Assembly: GCA_000965745.1 (NCBI GenBank)
Contig: CP009479.1
Coordinates: forward strand, 2,080,001-2,144,000
Length of the DNA stretch: 64,000 nucleotides
Source: an uncultured archaeon
Lineage (GTDB): Archaea; Thermoplasmatota; Thermoplasmata; Thermoplasmatales; Thermoplasmataceae
Reading direction: 5' to 3'
Part shown: piece by piece, positions 9,432 to 19,089 of the stretch
How positions within the stretch are numbered: position 1 is the first letter of the stretch
How the letters are laid out: the number at the start of each line of letters is the position of its first letter
Notes under the pieces: generated by a model
Told to the model about the DNA's origin: nothing
What the model saw: the letters and a program-made list of their open reading frames with translations, nothing else
Databases searched by the model: none
Translations under genes and position numbers: made by a program

Positions 9432-10367
9432 TTGGGGAAAAGTATATCCGAAATATCTTCTGTGATCAGGGTCTCCGGGTTAAGGAAATCATTCGGGAAA
9501 ATCCGGGCCGTGGACGGGATAAATTTTGAGGTTGAACGTGGAACAGTGTTCGCACTGCTTGGCCCCAATGGTGCAGGTAAAACAACAGCAATATCGATGT
9601 TGGAAGGCCTTCTGCAGAGGGATTCCGGCAACATAGAGATACTTGGAATGGATCCATGGGCAGAGCACGGGACGGTCAGGATGAGGATAGGCGTCATGCC
9701 CCAGGGCTTCAATTTCTTCGAGAAACTTACGCCGTTGGATTCCCTGGTGTTTTACCGTGACCTTTTCGAATCTAGTGTTGATCCGGAATCCCTCCTGAGG
9801 CTGGTAATTCTTGATGATTCTAGGAACGTACCCTTTGAGAAGCTCTCAGGCGGCCAGAAACAGAAGCTCGGGCTTGCGCTTTCACTCGTAAATGATCCGG
9901 AGATCCTGTTTCTTGATGAGCCCACCACCGGGCTGGACCCTTCAGCCAGGAGGGCGATATGGTCCATTATTCGCATGTTCAGGGACAGGGGAAAGACCAT
10001 AATCCTGACAACCCACTACATGGAGGAGGCGGAACAGCTTGCTGACAACATTGCCATAATCTCACACGGGAGAATAATTGCGGAAGGATCCCCGGAAGGA
10101 ATTGTCTCCCGTTATGGATCGGGGAGAAAGGTTGTAATAAAGGCAGGAAAAGAGATGGGAGACTTCCTCTCCTCCGAAAGGATAGAAGCATCAGTCAACG
10201 GAAAATACTTCGAGATCCGGTTGGACCCGGAAACGAACCTTTCGAGCCTGATTGGGCTCATTGAAGACTCTGGAATAAGCTACTCCCAGTTAACTGTCAG
10301 GGCGGACAGCCTTGAGGATGTTTTCATACGGCTTGTAGGCGAGATGTCTGAGGGCGAGTTGAAATGA
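9432..10367 (+). CDS. ABC transporter ATP-binding protein (ABC-2/DrrA type)
   Basis: GPNGAGKT, LSGGQ, FLDEPTTGLD, TTHY; TTG start with AGGTGA SD. Confidence 0.95.
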   Translation: MGKSISEISSVIRVSGLRKSFGKIRAVDGINFEVERGTVFALLGPNGAGKTTAISMLEGLLQRDSGNIEILGMDPWAEHGTVRMRIGVMPQGFNFFEKLTPLDSLVFYRDLFESSVDPESLLRLVILDDSRNVPFEKLSGGQKQKLGLALSLVNDPEILFLDEPTTGLDPSARRAIWSIIRMFRDRGKTIILTTHYMEEAEQLADNIAIISHGRIIAEGSPEGIVSRYGSGRKVVIKAGKEMGDFLSSERIEASVNGKYFEIRLDPETNLSSLIGLIEDSGISYSQLTVRADSLEDVFIRLVGEMSEGELK

Positions 10368-11086
10368 TGAGGAGGACGATGGCTTATTTTCGCGTTCAGG
10401 TCAAGACATACATGGCCGAGAGGAGTGCCATTTTTGTGTCGCTGATTTTCCCTGTGATGATGGTATTCATATTCGGGTCGATAATGCCATCTGAATACCT
10501 CACCGGAGTGATTCCCGGGCTAATCGGCTTTTCAATACTTACAGATTCCCTATTCGCGGTTACTGCGGTGGCATCAAAATACAGGCTGATGCACATATTC
10601 AACCAGTTGTCGCTGACTCCGCTCAGGAGGTCTGAGTGGCTCTTTTCCGTATTCCTGTGGCATGTGATCATAGGCGCGGCATCCTTTGCGATCATAGTCG
10701 GTATCGGCTACTTTGCATTTTCAGCCAACATAACACTGCATCTCCTTATCATACCCTTCATAGCTTTCGGCGCGTTACTCTTCGTCTCCATGGGGCTCCT
10801 TATCGGGACAGTTGCGAAGTCATCGGAGAGTGCGGGCATTATTGGGAATGCAGTTGGATTCCCCATGATGGTCCTGACAGGAACGTTCTTTCCGGTTTCA
10901 TTCCTCCCCTGGTACCTTCAGCAGGCTGTCAAGGTGCTTCCCCTGTATTACTTTGTGCAGGGAATGGGAGATGTCATGGTGACGGGGGACTTCAACGAGG
11001 GGCTCCTCTATTTAGGGGTGTTGATTGCACTTGCAGCCGGGTTCTTCCTTGCTGGGACCTACCTTTTCAGGTGGAGGGAAAAATAA
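10364..11086 (+). CDS. ABC-2 type permease
   Basis: Six TM, GTFFPVSFLPWYLQ...LPLYY signature; ATGA-coupled to the ATPase. Confidence 0.92.
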   Translation: MMRRTMAYFRVQVKTYMAERSAIFVSLIFPVMMVFIFGSIMPSEYLTGVIPGLIGFSILTDSLFAVTAVASKYRLMHIFNQLSLTPLRRSEWLFSVFLWHVIIGAASFAIIVGIGYFAFSANITLHLLIIPFIAFGALLFVSMGLLIGTVAKSSESAGIIGNAVGFPMMVLTGTFFPVSFLPWYLQQAVKVLPLYYFVQGMGDVMVTGDFNEGLLYLGVLIALAAGFFLAGTYLFRWREK

Positions 11087-11260
11087 GGTGGATTTGATGA
11101 CAACCCGGAAATAACGGGCTATCCAAATAACATTAAGTACTGACAAACACTCTTCATCTGGCTGATAATCCCTGTGCCGCCCTTCAAGCTTGCCCGGCAC
11201 CCTGCAGATAAACGGGTGCAAACCGTTCACTGTTATGCAATTTGAGTGGTGATAGCGCTA

Positions 11261-11881
11261 ATGGCAGAACACGAAAGTGATAACGTTTCGAATGAGAAAT
11301 TCGGTCCTTTATTTTCCAGAGTATACTCTTTTTTTGCCTCCAGATCGAGAAAAATGGTAAGGAATTACCGGGCGATAGCCCGGGATATCGACGCTCTGGC
11401 GCCCAAAAAGATACTGGATGTTGGTTGTGGCCCCGGTATGCTCATAAAAATTCTGGGAGACACAATCCCCGATGCCACCATCTATGGGGCTGACCCGTCT
11501 CCAAGTATGGTGAAAATTGCGCAAAAAAGGCTGAAAGAGAGGATCAGGAGTGGGTCAGTAAAAATAATAACCGGGGACAGCAAGAGCATAGAGCTCGATG
11601 AGAAGTTTGACGCAATTGTGACCTCGATGTCGTTCCACCACTGGCCGGACAAAGCCGGAAGCCTTGATTACCTCTCAGGGTTGCTCATGGAAAATGGCTC
11701 AATCATTATTTTTGAATCCCACAGGGAAGAGTCGCCTTCCGATTCAGGAAAAACGCACCATTCCCTTTCAGAAAGTGAGGCTCATAAAATATCCCTGGAA
11801 GGTTATGAAAGAAGCGTGAAGATTGAGGGCGAGATAATTTCAGTAAGGCTGAGAAGGATGCCGTCAACTACCCCACCCTGA
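11261..11881 (+). CDS. Class I SAM-dependent methyltransferase; last residues supplied by the inserted IS
   Basis: ILDVGCGPG, FDAIVTSMSFHHW. Confidence 0.9.
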   Translation: MAEHESDNVSNEKFGPLFSRVYSFFASRSRKMVRNYRAIARDIDALAPKKILDVGCGPGMLIKILGDTIPDATIYGADPSPSMVKIAQKRLKERIRSGSVKIITGDSKSIELDEKFDAIVTSMSFHHWPDKAGSLDYLSGLLMENGSIIIFESHREESPSDSGKTHHSLSESEAHKISLEGYERSVKIEGEIISVRLRRMPSTTPP

Positions 11882-12020
11882 CGGATGGGGCTTGCAGCTG
11901 GGGGATCAACGGCTGATCGAAAATAGCACCCGCTACAATAGGCTGGCTGGCGGCAGCCCTGTTCCTGATGTTGAGGGATGCGACGAAATCAGCCTCACCC
12001 TCAAAACCACAAGAAATACA
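11843..12020 (-). ncRNA. Predicted TnpB omega/reRNA (scaffold overlapping the tnpB 3' end, guide from the flank beyond 11863); 5' boundary approximate
   Basis: Inferred from known TnpB biology and the right-end hairpin; predicted guide begins GGCAUCCUUCUCAGCCUUAC. Confidence 0.6.
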
Positions 12021-13004
12021 TTTGAATATGGAACGCTCCGGCCTGTTCCTTTTATCAACGGTGTGGCAATCAGGACACTCCCTGCTTGTGTTTTTCGCAT
12101 TCACACCTATGACTGGGACGCCGGATTCAAGAGCCTTGTATTCAATGAAGGTACGAAGCTGGCAGAAAGACCAGCTATTGTGCCTGTACCTCCTGTTCTT
12201 CCCAACGGTTGTCCTCTTCCTTATGCCCTTGAGTTCTTCAAGGGCTATTGCGGAAGAGGTGCCTTTTGCTCTTTCCGCGATCTCCCCGGAAATGACATGG
12301 TTGACATCTCTTGCAAAACGTCTCTCCTTCCCGGAAAGTTTCTTGAGATGTCTCTTTGCAGACCTGGTGCCACAAGCCTGCAACCTTGATCGCAGACTGG
12401 AATGTTTCGTTCCTGCCTCTGCAATCCTGTCTCCTGAGTAGTAATGTCCTGACGAGTCAACAGCTATGTTCTCGATGCCGAGATCGACACCGATAACATC
12501 TGACGCGCTAATTGCTTCCTCTTCTGGAACCTCCACCACAACCATGAGGTAGAATATCCTGTTCCTTCTTACGAGATCACACTGCCCTCTGATCCTGTCA
12601 AGAGGAAGTTCTCTGTATTTCCCTATTGTCATGGGTATCCTCACCCTTCCCCTGACAGTGTTGAGGCTCACTGTGTCGAGGCCCTTGAAACTCATCACCC
12701 TCTGGTCATACACGATGCTTCCGAATTCCCGGAACTCGTGCATAACAGTTTTGTCGTTCTTGTAGGTTTCAACGACCTTTGCTATTACCCTTATGGCAAG
12801 CTGGGCTGCGAGCCCGAAGTTCTCCCTTATGTCCCTGTAGACAAGCTTCTGGAGGAGTACCTTGTTGTACAGCTTTCTCTCGAATGCAAGCCTGGATACA
12901 AAGTTGCAGGCTTCATTGAATTTCACGAAGGTGTCAATGAGTGCCTCCTGCTGTTGCTTATCCGGCAGAAGCTTTACCATAAGAGTCTTGTACACAGTAT
13001 TCAC
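11868..13004 (-). CDS. tnpB: RNA-guided endonuclease TnpB
   Basis: RuvC-I IGVDLG, RuvC-II IALEEL, zinc finger CPDC...CISC, RuvC-III EADFVASLNI, 378 aa. Confidence 0.96.
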   Translation of the reverse strand: MNTVYKTLMVKLLPDKQQQEALIDTFVKFNEACNFVSRLAFERKLYNKVLLQKLVYRDIRENFGLAAQLAIRVIAKVVETYKNDKTVMHEFREFGSIVYDQRVMSFKGLDTVSLNTVRGRVRIPMTIGKYRELPLDRIRGQCDLVRRNRIFYLMVVVEVPEEEAISASDVIGVDLGIENIAVDSSGHYYSGDRIAEAGTKHSSLRSRLQACGTRSAKRHLKKLSGKERRFARDVNHVISGEIAERAKGTSSAIALEELKGIRKRTTVGKNRRYRHNSWSFCQLRTFIEYKALESGVPVIGVNAKNTSRECPDCHTVDKRNRPERSIFKCISCGFEGEADFVASLNIRNRAAASQPIVAGAIFDQPLIPQLQAPSVRVG

Positions 13005-13027
13005 ATATTAACTCAATATTTAAGTTT

Positions 13028-13071
13028 GTCGCAATTCCTCCCCGCCCTATCGGACGGGGCTTCCTTGCGAC
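13028..13071 (-). repeat. IS left-end extended hairpin
   Basis: Outer arms GTCGCAA (13028-13034) and TTGCGAC (13065-13071) enclose the GC-rich inner stem. Confidence 0.88.
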
Positions 13072-13112
13072 TTCTTGGTGAAGGTTCCCTGATCCTCTGT
13101 CAGCGCGAGGCA

Positions 13113-14876
13113 TCACTGAAGGCAGTGCATCACGAACGCACATACATCGGATATTTCATTGATTGTTTCATCAGCGGCTATGCCTATGTGGCCCCCCTCC
13201 TTGTTCACCCTCAGATACGCCCTTGCACCCTTATCCCTGAGGGCCATGTGGAATTTGATTGCGTGTGCGGGATGCACCCTGTCGTCCTTTAACCTGCTGT
13301 ATATCAGAGTATCGGGGTACTCAACGTCCCTTATGTTATGGTATGGGGAATATTTCAGCAGGTAATCCCTGTCCCCGGGAGAGTCGGGGTCCCCGAATTC
13401 AGACACCCAGTATTTTCCAACCGACATCCTGTGGAACCTCATCATGTCGAGGACAGGATTTCCGATAACTGCTCCGTCGAGGATTTCAGGAGCCTGGGTA
13501 AGAGTGGTTCCTACCAGCAGGCCGCCATTGCTGACCCCGAAAGCAACAACCTTCATCCCGCCACCGCGGAGAGTCCGGATAACGGCCTGGAAATCATTGA
13601 AAACATTCTGCTTGTTGTGAAGCATTCCAGCCCTGTGCCATTCTTCACCATACTCATTTCCGCCTCTGAGGTTCGAGACAGCAATAGTAATGCCTTTGCT
13701 CATCAGGTATGCGAACATGGGGTAGAACATTGGGGAAACGGGAATGTTGAAACCACCATACCCGTATGCAAGTGCCCCATTGCTCCTGGCTGATCCTGAA
13801 TTAACGAGGAAATAGTGTATTCTTGTCCCGTCAGAATCTGCGTACCCGTCCCTGACATCTGCATCCATGATGCGGCTTTCATCGATTTTCTGCATTCTCC
13901 TTCCATGGAACTTGAATAGGGAAAAAGGAATGCCGAATGACTCCAGGGCAAGAACTGCGGCCTCACCATCAGAGTCATAAGATTTCAGGCCCATCGGAGT
14001 ATCCATTGGAAATTCCACAATCACATTGCCCTCCATGTCGTAAAGAACCGGCCTGGCCCTGGCATTATCCATGTGTATTACGAGGATTCCGTCGGACACC
14101 AACAGGGCTGAATTTATCGGGCTGACACCTTCGATGACTGCCTCTCCGTCCCTTGTTACAACCCCATTACCCCGGCTTTCGAGGTAATATGACCTGCCAT
14201 CCCTGAATCCCAAAGGGGTGATTTCGTAATTCTCCCCCTTCACCCTTTTCCAGCTTGAGGGATCCTCAAGTGAACCTGCATAGATATCCGATCTGGTCCA
14301 GTCCCCAACAACCGCATAGATCATTTTTCCGCTTCTGTAAAGTGTTATGAAGTCCTCTGGGCCCATCCCTTTGCCGAAAACCACGTCCCCGTCCTTCAGT
14401 ACCCTGTGTGAATTAGGTGGTCCCCCGTCCGGTGTCTTTTCGTCCACAAACGTTTTGACCAGATAATAGGAATCTTCCGTGAAGGTTATTCCACTGATTG
14501 TGCCTTCCAGTTTTTCACTTACTTCACCATCTTTAAACATGGTAAGCAACCCGCTGTCCGAGCCCCCGGTCTCAAAAACACCGATGCGCTTTCCTTCGGG
14601 GTCAGATTCGATCCAGAATACAACATTTGGTGTAGTGTGGATTAGGTTGCCCTCGAGTGAAACATGATACAGGCCATTTTCAGTGTAAGACTGCAGGATG
14701 CCTCTCGTGGTTATCCTGGCTGAAAGCAGCCTCTTCTTTCTGTAAATCTCATCAACCTCAGCCCTGGCCTTGACGCTCAGCTCACCGAAGGCATCCTGAA
14801 AAGTTTTTCCTGCGGCATCAATGTAGTCAATTACTCCCGAATCGAGTGATTCAACCTGGATAAGCGGATCTTCCAT
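13113..14876 (-). CDS. Prolyl oligopeptidase family (S9A) serine peptidase
   Basis: YGYGGFN, NLRGGNEYGEEWH, GVSNGG, DDRVHP, GGH. Confidence 0.95.
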   Translation of the reverse strand: MEDPLIQVESLDSGVIDYIDAAGKTFQDAFGELSVKARAEVDEIYRKKRLLSARITTRGILQSYTENGLYHVSLEGNLIHTTPNVVFWIESDPEGKRIGVFETGGSDSGLLTMFKDGEVSEKLEGTISGITFTEDSYYLVKTFVDEKTPDGGPPNSHRVLKDGDVVFGKGMGPEDFITLYRSGKMIYAVVGDWTRSDIYAGSLEDPSSWKRVKGENYEITPLGFRDGRSYYLESRGNGVVTRDGEAVIEGVSPINSALLVSDGILVIHMDNARARPVLYDMEGNVIVEFPMDTPMGLKSYDSDGEAAVLALESFGIPFSLFKFHGRRMQKIDESRIMDADVRDGYADSDGTRIHYFLVNSGSARSNGALAYGYGGFNIPVSPMFYPMFAYLMSKGITIAVSNLRGGNEYGEEWHRAGMLHNKQNVFNDFQAVIRTLRGGGMKVVAFGVSNGGLLVGTTLTQAPEILDGAVIGNPVLDMMRFHRMSVGKYWVSEFGDPDSPGDRDYLLKYSPYHNIRDVEYPDTLIYSRLKDDRVHPAHAIKFHMALRDKGARAYLRVNKEGGHIGIAADETINEISDVCAFVMHCLQ

Positions 14877-14954
14877 TGAAATCAGATCAATAAGGATGAA
14901 TTCTATATTTAATTTACAGGCCCCGGACCCGGGTTTTGAATTGTGCAGGAGCTT

Positions 14955-15758
14955 TCACTGCAGAAAAGGCAGGCCTGTTTCCTGCCCCGTAACGGTCTGT
15001 GCAGTGAAAACAACCTTTGGCCTGAATTCAACTTCCAGGATGCCTGCTTTGCCGCCATGATACTTTGAGGAAAAAACTGTTACCAGCCTGTTCCTGAACA
15101 TGCTTTCTACACCCTCTGCCTTTACCTGGTGCCCCCTAACAAGAAGGTCGAGGTTATTTTCTTTCATGAACGAGGAAAATGCATCTTTGCCAAAGAGGTA
15201 TGTCCCCTCTCCCCTGACGCCCGGTTCAAATCCAGCTAAAATTTCAGAAGGATCATTCCACAGAATCTCGAAGGCACAAGGGTCCGATGGCACTTCATCA
15301 CCCATTGGAAGGCCATCCCAGTCATCAAGGGACATACAGTCCCGCGGAATGCCGCCATGTACGCCGAGTACCCTGTCGTTTACAAGGCAGGCGTAAGGCA
15401 GGACTCCGTATAGCTCTACTATTTCCTTGTACAGGATGTCATAAAGACCTAGTCTGACAAGTTCCTGTTTGAAGCCGTAGTAGCTGTTCATTGACGGGCT
15501 TTCGTGATTTCCCCTTATTATGATTATTTTGGTGCTGATTATGGAGGATTCCAGAAGAAACAGCAGGTTGAGAAGCTGATGCTCACCCCTGTCCACGATG
15601 TCCCCCAGGAAGCAAACCAGGTCTGACTCCACGCTTTTCATGACAGCATATGATGAGATGTCAAGTGCACCGTGAGTGTCACCTATGAATGTCGCAATCC
15701 CGTTCCCGATGTTCAGCCGCTTAACCGGGACCGACTCTCCCATTCTTCTGATATACAT
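14955..15758 (-). CDS. PPP-family Ser/Thr protein phosphatase
   Basis: GDTHG, GDIVDRG, RGNHE, HGG, LWNDP, RGHQ. Confidence 0.93.
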   Translation of the reverse strand: MYIRRMGESVPVKRLNIGNGIATFIGDTHGALDISSYAVMKSVESDLVCFLGDIVDRGEHQLLNLLFLLESSIISTKIIIIRGNHESPSMNSYYGFKQELVRLGLYDILYKEIVELYGVLPYACLVNDRVLGVHGGIPRDCMSLDDWDGLPMGDEVPSDPCAFEILWNDPSEILAGFEPGVRGEGTYLFGKDAFSSFMKENNLDLLVRGHQVKAEGVESMFRNRLVTVFSSKYHGGKAGILEVEFRPKVVFTAQTVTGQETGLPFLQ

Positions 15759-15925
15759 TCGAATTGTATCAACCGCAAGCCCGGGAACTATCAGGTAAAT
15801 ATGGCACTCCCCCTGTCCCTGTGAATTTTCACAGGTTACGCTAAAAATATAAAGAACGATGCTTAAAACTATTATCCATATTCATTCAGGTGTTGCATAA
15901 ATTACACCTTCGGCCCGGGTGACGT

Positions 15926-16897
15926 ATGAAGAAGATAATAGTTCGTTTCAATGAAGGCACGATCGAGAAGATTAGGACTTACTCCTCTGAGTTTCAGGGA
16001 ATATCCTTCCTGGACGCAAGCATACGTGAAATGGTGCTGTATGTCAACGATTCCCAGCTGGATACCATTATGGACCAGCTTAACACCCTGCTGGATTTCA
16101 GGTACAAGGAAAACCTCATAGAAGTGGAGTCGCCTGATTTCATCGTATCCTCATACCTGGACAGAAGCTCTGAAAAGAGTGCAGGGTCAGAGAAGACCCC
16201 TGTAGAGAAGCTCATTGACCAGACGAAGAAATATACAATACTTGAGTATGGGAAGATTTCACTCACTTCGGTTGCAGCGCTCATCGCAATGATGGGGCTG
16301 TTCATGAACAATGACCCGATCATCATCGGGGCAATGCTCCTGTCACCCATGCTTGGCCCAATCTATGCGTTCGCAATCAACATCAGCATAGGGAAGATTG
16401 AGTCGGCACTCAGGGGTATAGCAATACTCCTGATCCTCCTTGCCGCGGCTGTTGGGATTGTATTCATGTTTACAGCCCTGGCGAAAGCAGTTTTCCCCCT
16501 GCCCATAACGACACAGATAGATCTGCGGCTGCACTTCAACTCCCTGTACGTCCCTCTCGGGATCCTGCTCGGTTTTGCCTCGATGCTTGCAATGGGAAGG
16601 GATATACCCGAGATTTTTGCCGGTGTTGCAATATCGGTTGCCCTTGTTCCACCGGCAGCAGTCGCCGGAATCATGCTGGCAATAGATCCGGCAAAGGCTT
16701 TCGTGCCTTTCCTTATTGTTGCACAGAACACGCTTGGAATGATGACCGGCTCGCTCCTCTCAATGATAATGCTGAGGATAGGACCAAGAAAATATTATGC
16801 GCAGGCCACAGCCAGGAAGTATTTGATACGCATACTGATAATAGTCCTGATCCTTCTTGTCATTACACTCATCGCAGACATTATTGTAAGTCTGTGA
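15926..16897 (+). CDS. TIGR00341/DUF389-family membrane protein
   Basis: IIGAMLLSPMLGP and GVAISVALVPP motifs. Confidence 0.88.
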   Translation: MKKIIVRFNEGTIEKIRTYSSEFQGISFLDASIREMVLYVNDSQLDTIMDQLNTLLDFRYKENLIEVESPDFIVSSYLDRSSEKSAGSEKTPVEKLIDQTKKYTILEYGKISLTSVAALIAMMGLFMNNDPIIIGAMLLSPMLGPIYAFAINISIGKIESALRGIAILLILLAAAVGIVFMFTALAKAVFPLPITTQIDLRLHFNSLYVPLGILLGFASMLAMGRDIPEIFAGVAISVALVPPAAVAGIMLAIDPAKAFVPFLIVAQNTLGMMTGSLLSMIMLRIGPRKYYAQATARKYLIRILIIVLILLVITLIADIIVSL

Positions 16898-16900
16898 CCC

Positions 16901-16910
16901 AAAAAAAAAA
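16901..16910 (-). terminator. Oligo-T terminator (A10 on + strand) after the ABM gene
   Basis: T10 on the minus strand about 15 nt past the stop, between convergent genes. Confidence 0.55.
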
Positions 16911-16925
16911 GGAGGTGCGAAAATT

Positions 16926-17231
16926 TTACTCTGAACTTGAGGAAAATACCTCATGGATTGTTATTGTATTCTCACCTGCGAAGGCTTCCTTCGGCAGTGT
17001 CTCCCCACTGTGCGCCTTCTTGAATGAATCGCTTTCCATCCACTTCTGGAACTGTTCCATAGATTCCCAGTAGGTCATGACCACATAGCTGTCCCCTTTG
17101 ACAGGCCTCAGTACTTCGTTTTTCACAAACCCCGGAAAACTGTCTACCATGTGTGCCCTTTCCCTGAAAACCTTCTCGAACTTCTCCTTGTATTCCTCCT
17201 TGATGGGAATGTTGTTCTGCACTACAATCAT
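16926..17231 (-). CDS. Antibiotic biosynthesis monooxygenase/IsdG-like protein (possibly heme-degrading)
   Basis: MIVVQN, FPGF, YWES...W..SDSFKKAH with the N/W/H residues typical of the IsdG family. Confidence 0.85.
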   Translation of the reverse strand: MIVVQNNIPIKEEYKEKFEKVFRERAHMVDSFPGFVKNEVLRPVKGDSYVVMTYWESMEQFQKWMESDSFKKAHSGETLPKEAFAGENTITIHEVFSSSSE

Positions 17232-17376
17232 GCCCGACAATCAGGCCGACTGTTAATAACGTTTCTACATGGATATATCTATTCCAATTCTTCCCATAAA
17301 TGGGCTGCTGCCGATCAATGCAAGCAAAAAAAATGAGGGAAAAATTCGGGGCGGCATGCAGTTTCGCAACAGGTTG

Positions 17377-18258
17377 TTATGCATCAATGGCCAGCCCCGC
17401 TGAAAGCCTCTTCCCGGGAGGCGTAAACAGCCAAGTCAGAATCAGGCCGAAGACCAGGGAGTCTGCAAGAAGCTCAGCGATGTGGAAAGGGATGATCTGT
17501 ACCGGCAGTGGAGCCTCGATCATTGGAATCAGTGAGGCTGGTATGAAGAGCATCATGGAGGTTGCAATGAATACATACGGTTTAGATGTGCCAACAGCAA
17601 CTATGAGGGGTATCAGGGCCAGCGTGAAGATCAGGCCCCTCATGAGCTCTATCGGTATCATGACGGTGAAAGGCGGTATCTTGAGGCCAAGGGTTGGGTC
17701 CTGGTAATACTGGTAAACGAATGGGCTGACAGCCATTCCGAATGCAAAATAGACAATGAAAAACAGCGGTGATGCAGCTATGATCCTGATGATCCAGCTG
17801 TTCCTGCTGCGCCTGGAAATCATTTCCCTCGATCTTGCCCAGAGGCTCTCGTTGAATTCTGGATGCAGCAGTATGAAACCGGCAGCGGCGGCTACCAGGA
17901 AAGATATGAGTATTGACATGGCGATTGCCATTATGAACACGGAAGCAGACCCGAATACATCGGTGAAGAAATACCCTTCAATCATGTTGTTGAAGAATCT
18001 CACAACGAACATTGAGAGCCATATCAGCAGGAATACATGATATGGCCTCAACTTGAGGTAATACACAAGCCATACGAGAAATACGGCCAGGGTGAGGCCC
18101 ACTTCTGCATCTCTCTCAAGTGTTCCGATAGTGATGCCAGTAGTGATAGAAGTGTAGAAGAACTCAATGAGTATCATTGCCAGCGTGAATGACAGCAACC
18201 TGGGCCAGGAATAGAATCTCCCGTAACTAACCCCGGAGTTTGAATTTGATTCCTGCAT
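17377..18258 (-). CDS. Hypothetical multi-pass (about 8 TM) membrane protein
   Basis: Hydrophobicity pattern; no recognised motif. Confidence 0.75.
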   Translation of the reverse strand: MQESNSNSGVSYGRFYSWPRLLSFTLAMILIEFFYTSITTGITIGTLERDAEVGLTLAVFLVWLVYYLKLRPYHVFLLIWLSMFVVRFFNNMIEGYFFTDVFGSASVFIMAIAMSILISFLVAAAAGFILLHPEFNESLWARSREMISRRSRNSWIIRIIAASPLFFIVYFAFGMAVSPFVYQYYQDPTLGLKIPPFTVMIPIELMRGLIFTLALIPLIVAVGTSKPYVFIATSMMLFIPASLIPMIEAPLPVQIIPFHIAELLADSLVFGLILTWLFTPPGKRLSAGLAIDA

Positions 18259-18417
18259 AATTTATAACCAATTTTTTATCCTGCACGGTAACATTAAGCC
18301 GGAACCTTATCAGTTAGGACAAGGCAAACAAGCCAGTGCTTCATGAATGCTTTTTTCAAAGAGAGTGCTGAAACTCTCTTTCGGCACTGTAATAAGGAGA
18401 ACTGCAATGATGCAGGC

Positions 18418-19089
18418 ATGCTTACAATCATCATTGCTGATGCTGAACTGGAAACCATCCCTGAAAAGATGCAGGGTGATCATGCCATACGGAAGTACTC
18501 CAAGGAAAAGGGGAAGCCCGTAAATGAGGTCATACTCGACTCCAACTACATGCATACTTCCATTGACCGTTACTTTCCTGGAGAGTCGAGCCGGAGGGGA
18601 AGGCCGGACATCATCTACATACTGCTTCAGGTGGCAATGGAGTCAATCCTGAACAAGAACGGCATGTTGAGGATCTTCGTGCACACCAGAAACGACATCT
18701 GCATAACGGTCAATCCCAGGGTAAGGCTCCCAAAATCATACAACCGGTTCATAGGGCTTATGGAAAGCCTCTTCAAGAAGGGAGAGATATCAAGTGATGG
18801 AGAGGTCCTCCTGAAAGCTGATAAGATGGATGCCGGGAACTGTATTGAAAAGAACCGGAAAGGTGACCTTGTGATCCTCTCGCCGGATGGTGAAAAGGCG
18901 AAACTCTACCGGGTGATCTCCGGGGATAAAGACTACACAGTGATCATAGGAGGGTTCCCGGAAGGCGACTACGTGTCAGATGTATACCCGCTTGCCGGTG
19001 CATATTCAATATTCAGGGAAGAGCTGACCATATGGTCAGTGGCCTCAGAAGTGATATCACAATACGAGCGTGCCGTCGATCTGGTATGA
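18418..19089 (+). CDS. nep1: 16S rRNA pseudouridine N1-methyltransferase Nep1/Emg1
   Basis: ILDSNYM, RRGRPDII, RLPKSYNRFIGLM, IGGFPEG; start moved to MLTIIIAD. Confidence 0.93.
   Translation: MLTIIIADAELETIPEKMQGDHAIRKYSKEKGKPVNEVILDSNYMHTSIDRYFPGESSRRGRPDIIYILLQVAMESILNKNGMLRIFVHTRNDICITVNPRVRLPKSYNRFIGLMESLFKKGEISSDGEVLLKADKMDAGNCIEKNRKGDLVILSPDGEKAKLYRVISGDKDYTVIIGGFPEGDYVSDVYPLAGAYSIFREELTIWSVASEVISQYERAVDLV

Larger units (their letters stand above)
11863..13077 (-). mobile_element. Non-autonomous IS200/IS605-family (IS1341-type) element carrying only tnpB
   Basis: Matching subterminal hairpins on the minus strand (CCCCGTCC-GATA-GGGCGGGG at 13059-13040; CCCCATCC-GTCA-GGGTGGGG at 11890-11871); guide/cleavage tetramers GAAG/TCAC and CAAG/TGAC; no tnpA, TIRs or TSD. 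Confidence 0.9.

Noticed and set aside
11868-13004. TnpB as a Cas12f effector or a nuclease-dead TldR repressor linked to the archaellin
   Set aside because: No CRISPR array or cas genes; catalytic D/E/D intact; transposon ends present; the guide matches only its own flank and flaB is 20 kb away
15759-15815. Possible upstream non-canonical start for the PPP phosphatase
   Set aside because: The frame is open and a purine-rich tract exists, but all catalytic motifs lie downstream of the ATG, so an extension is not required
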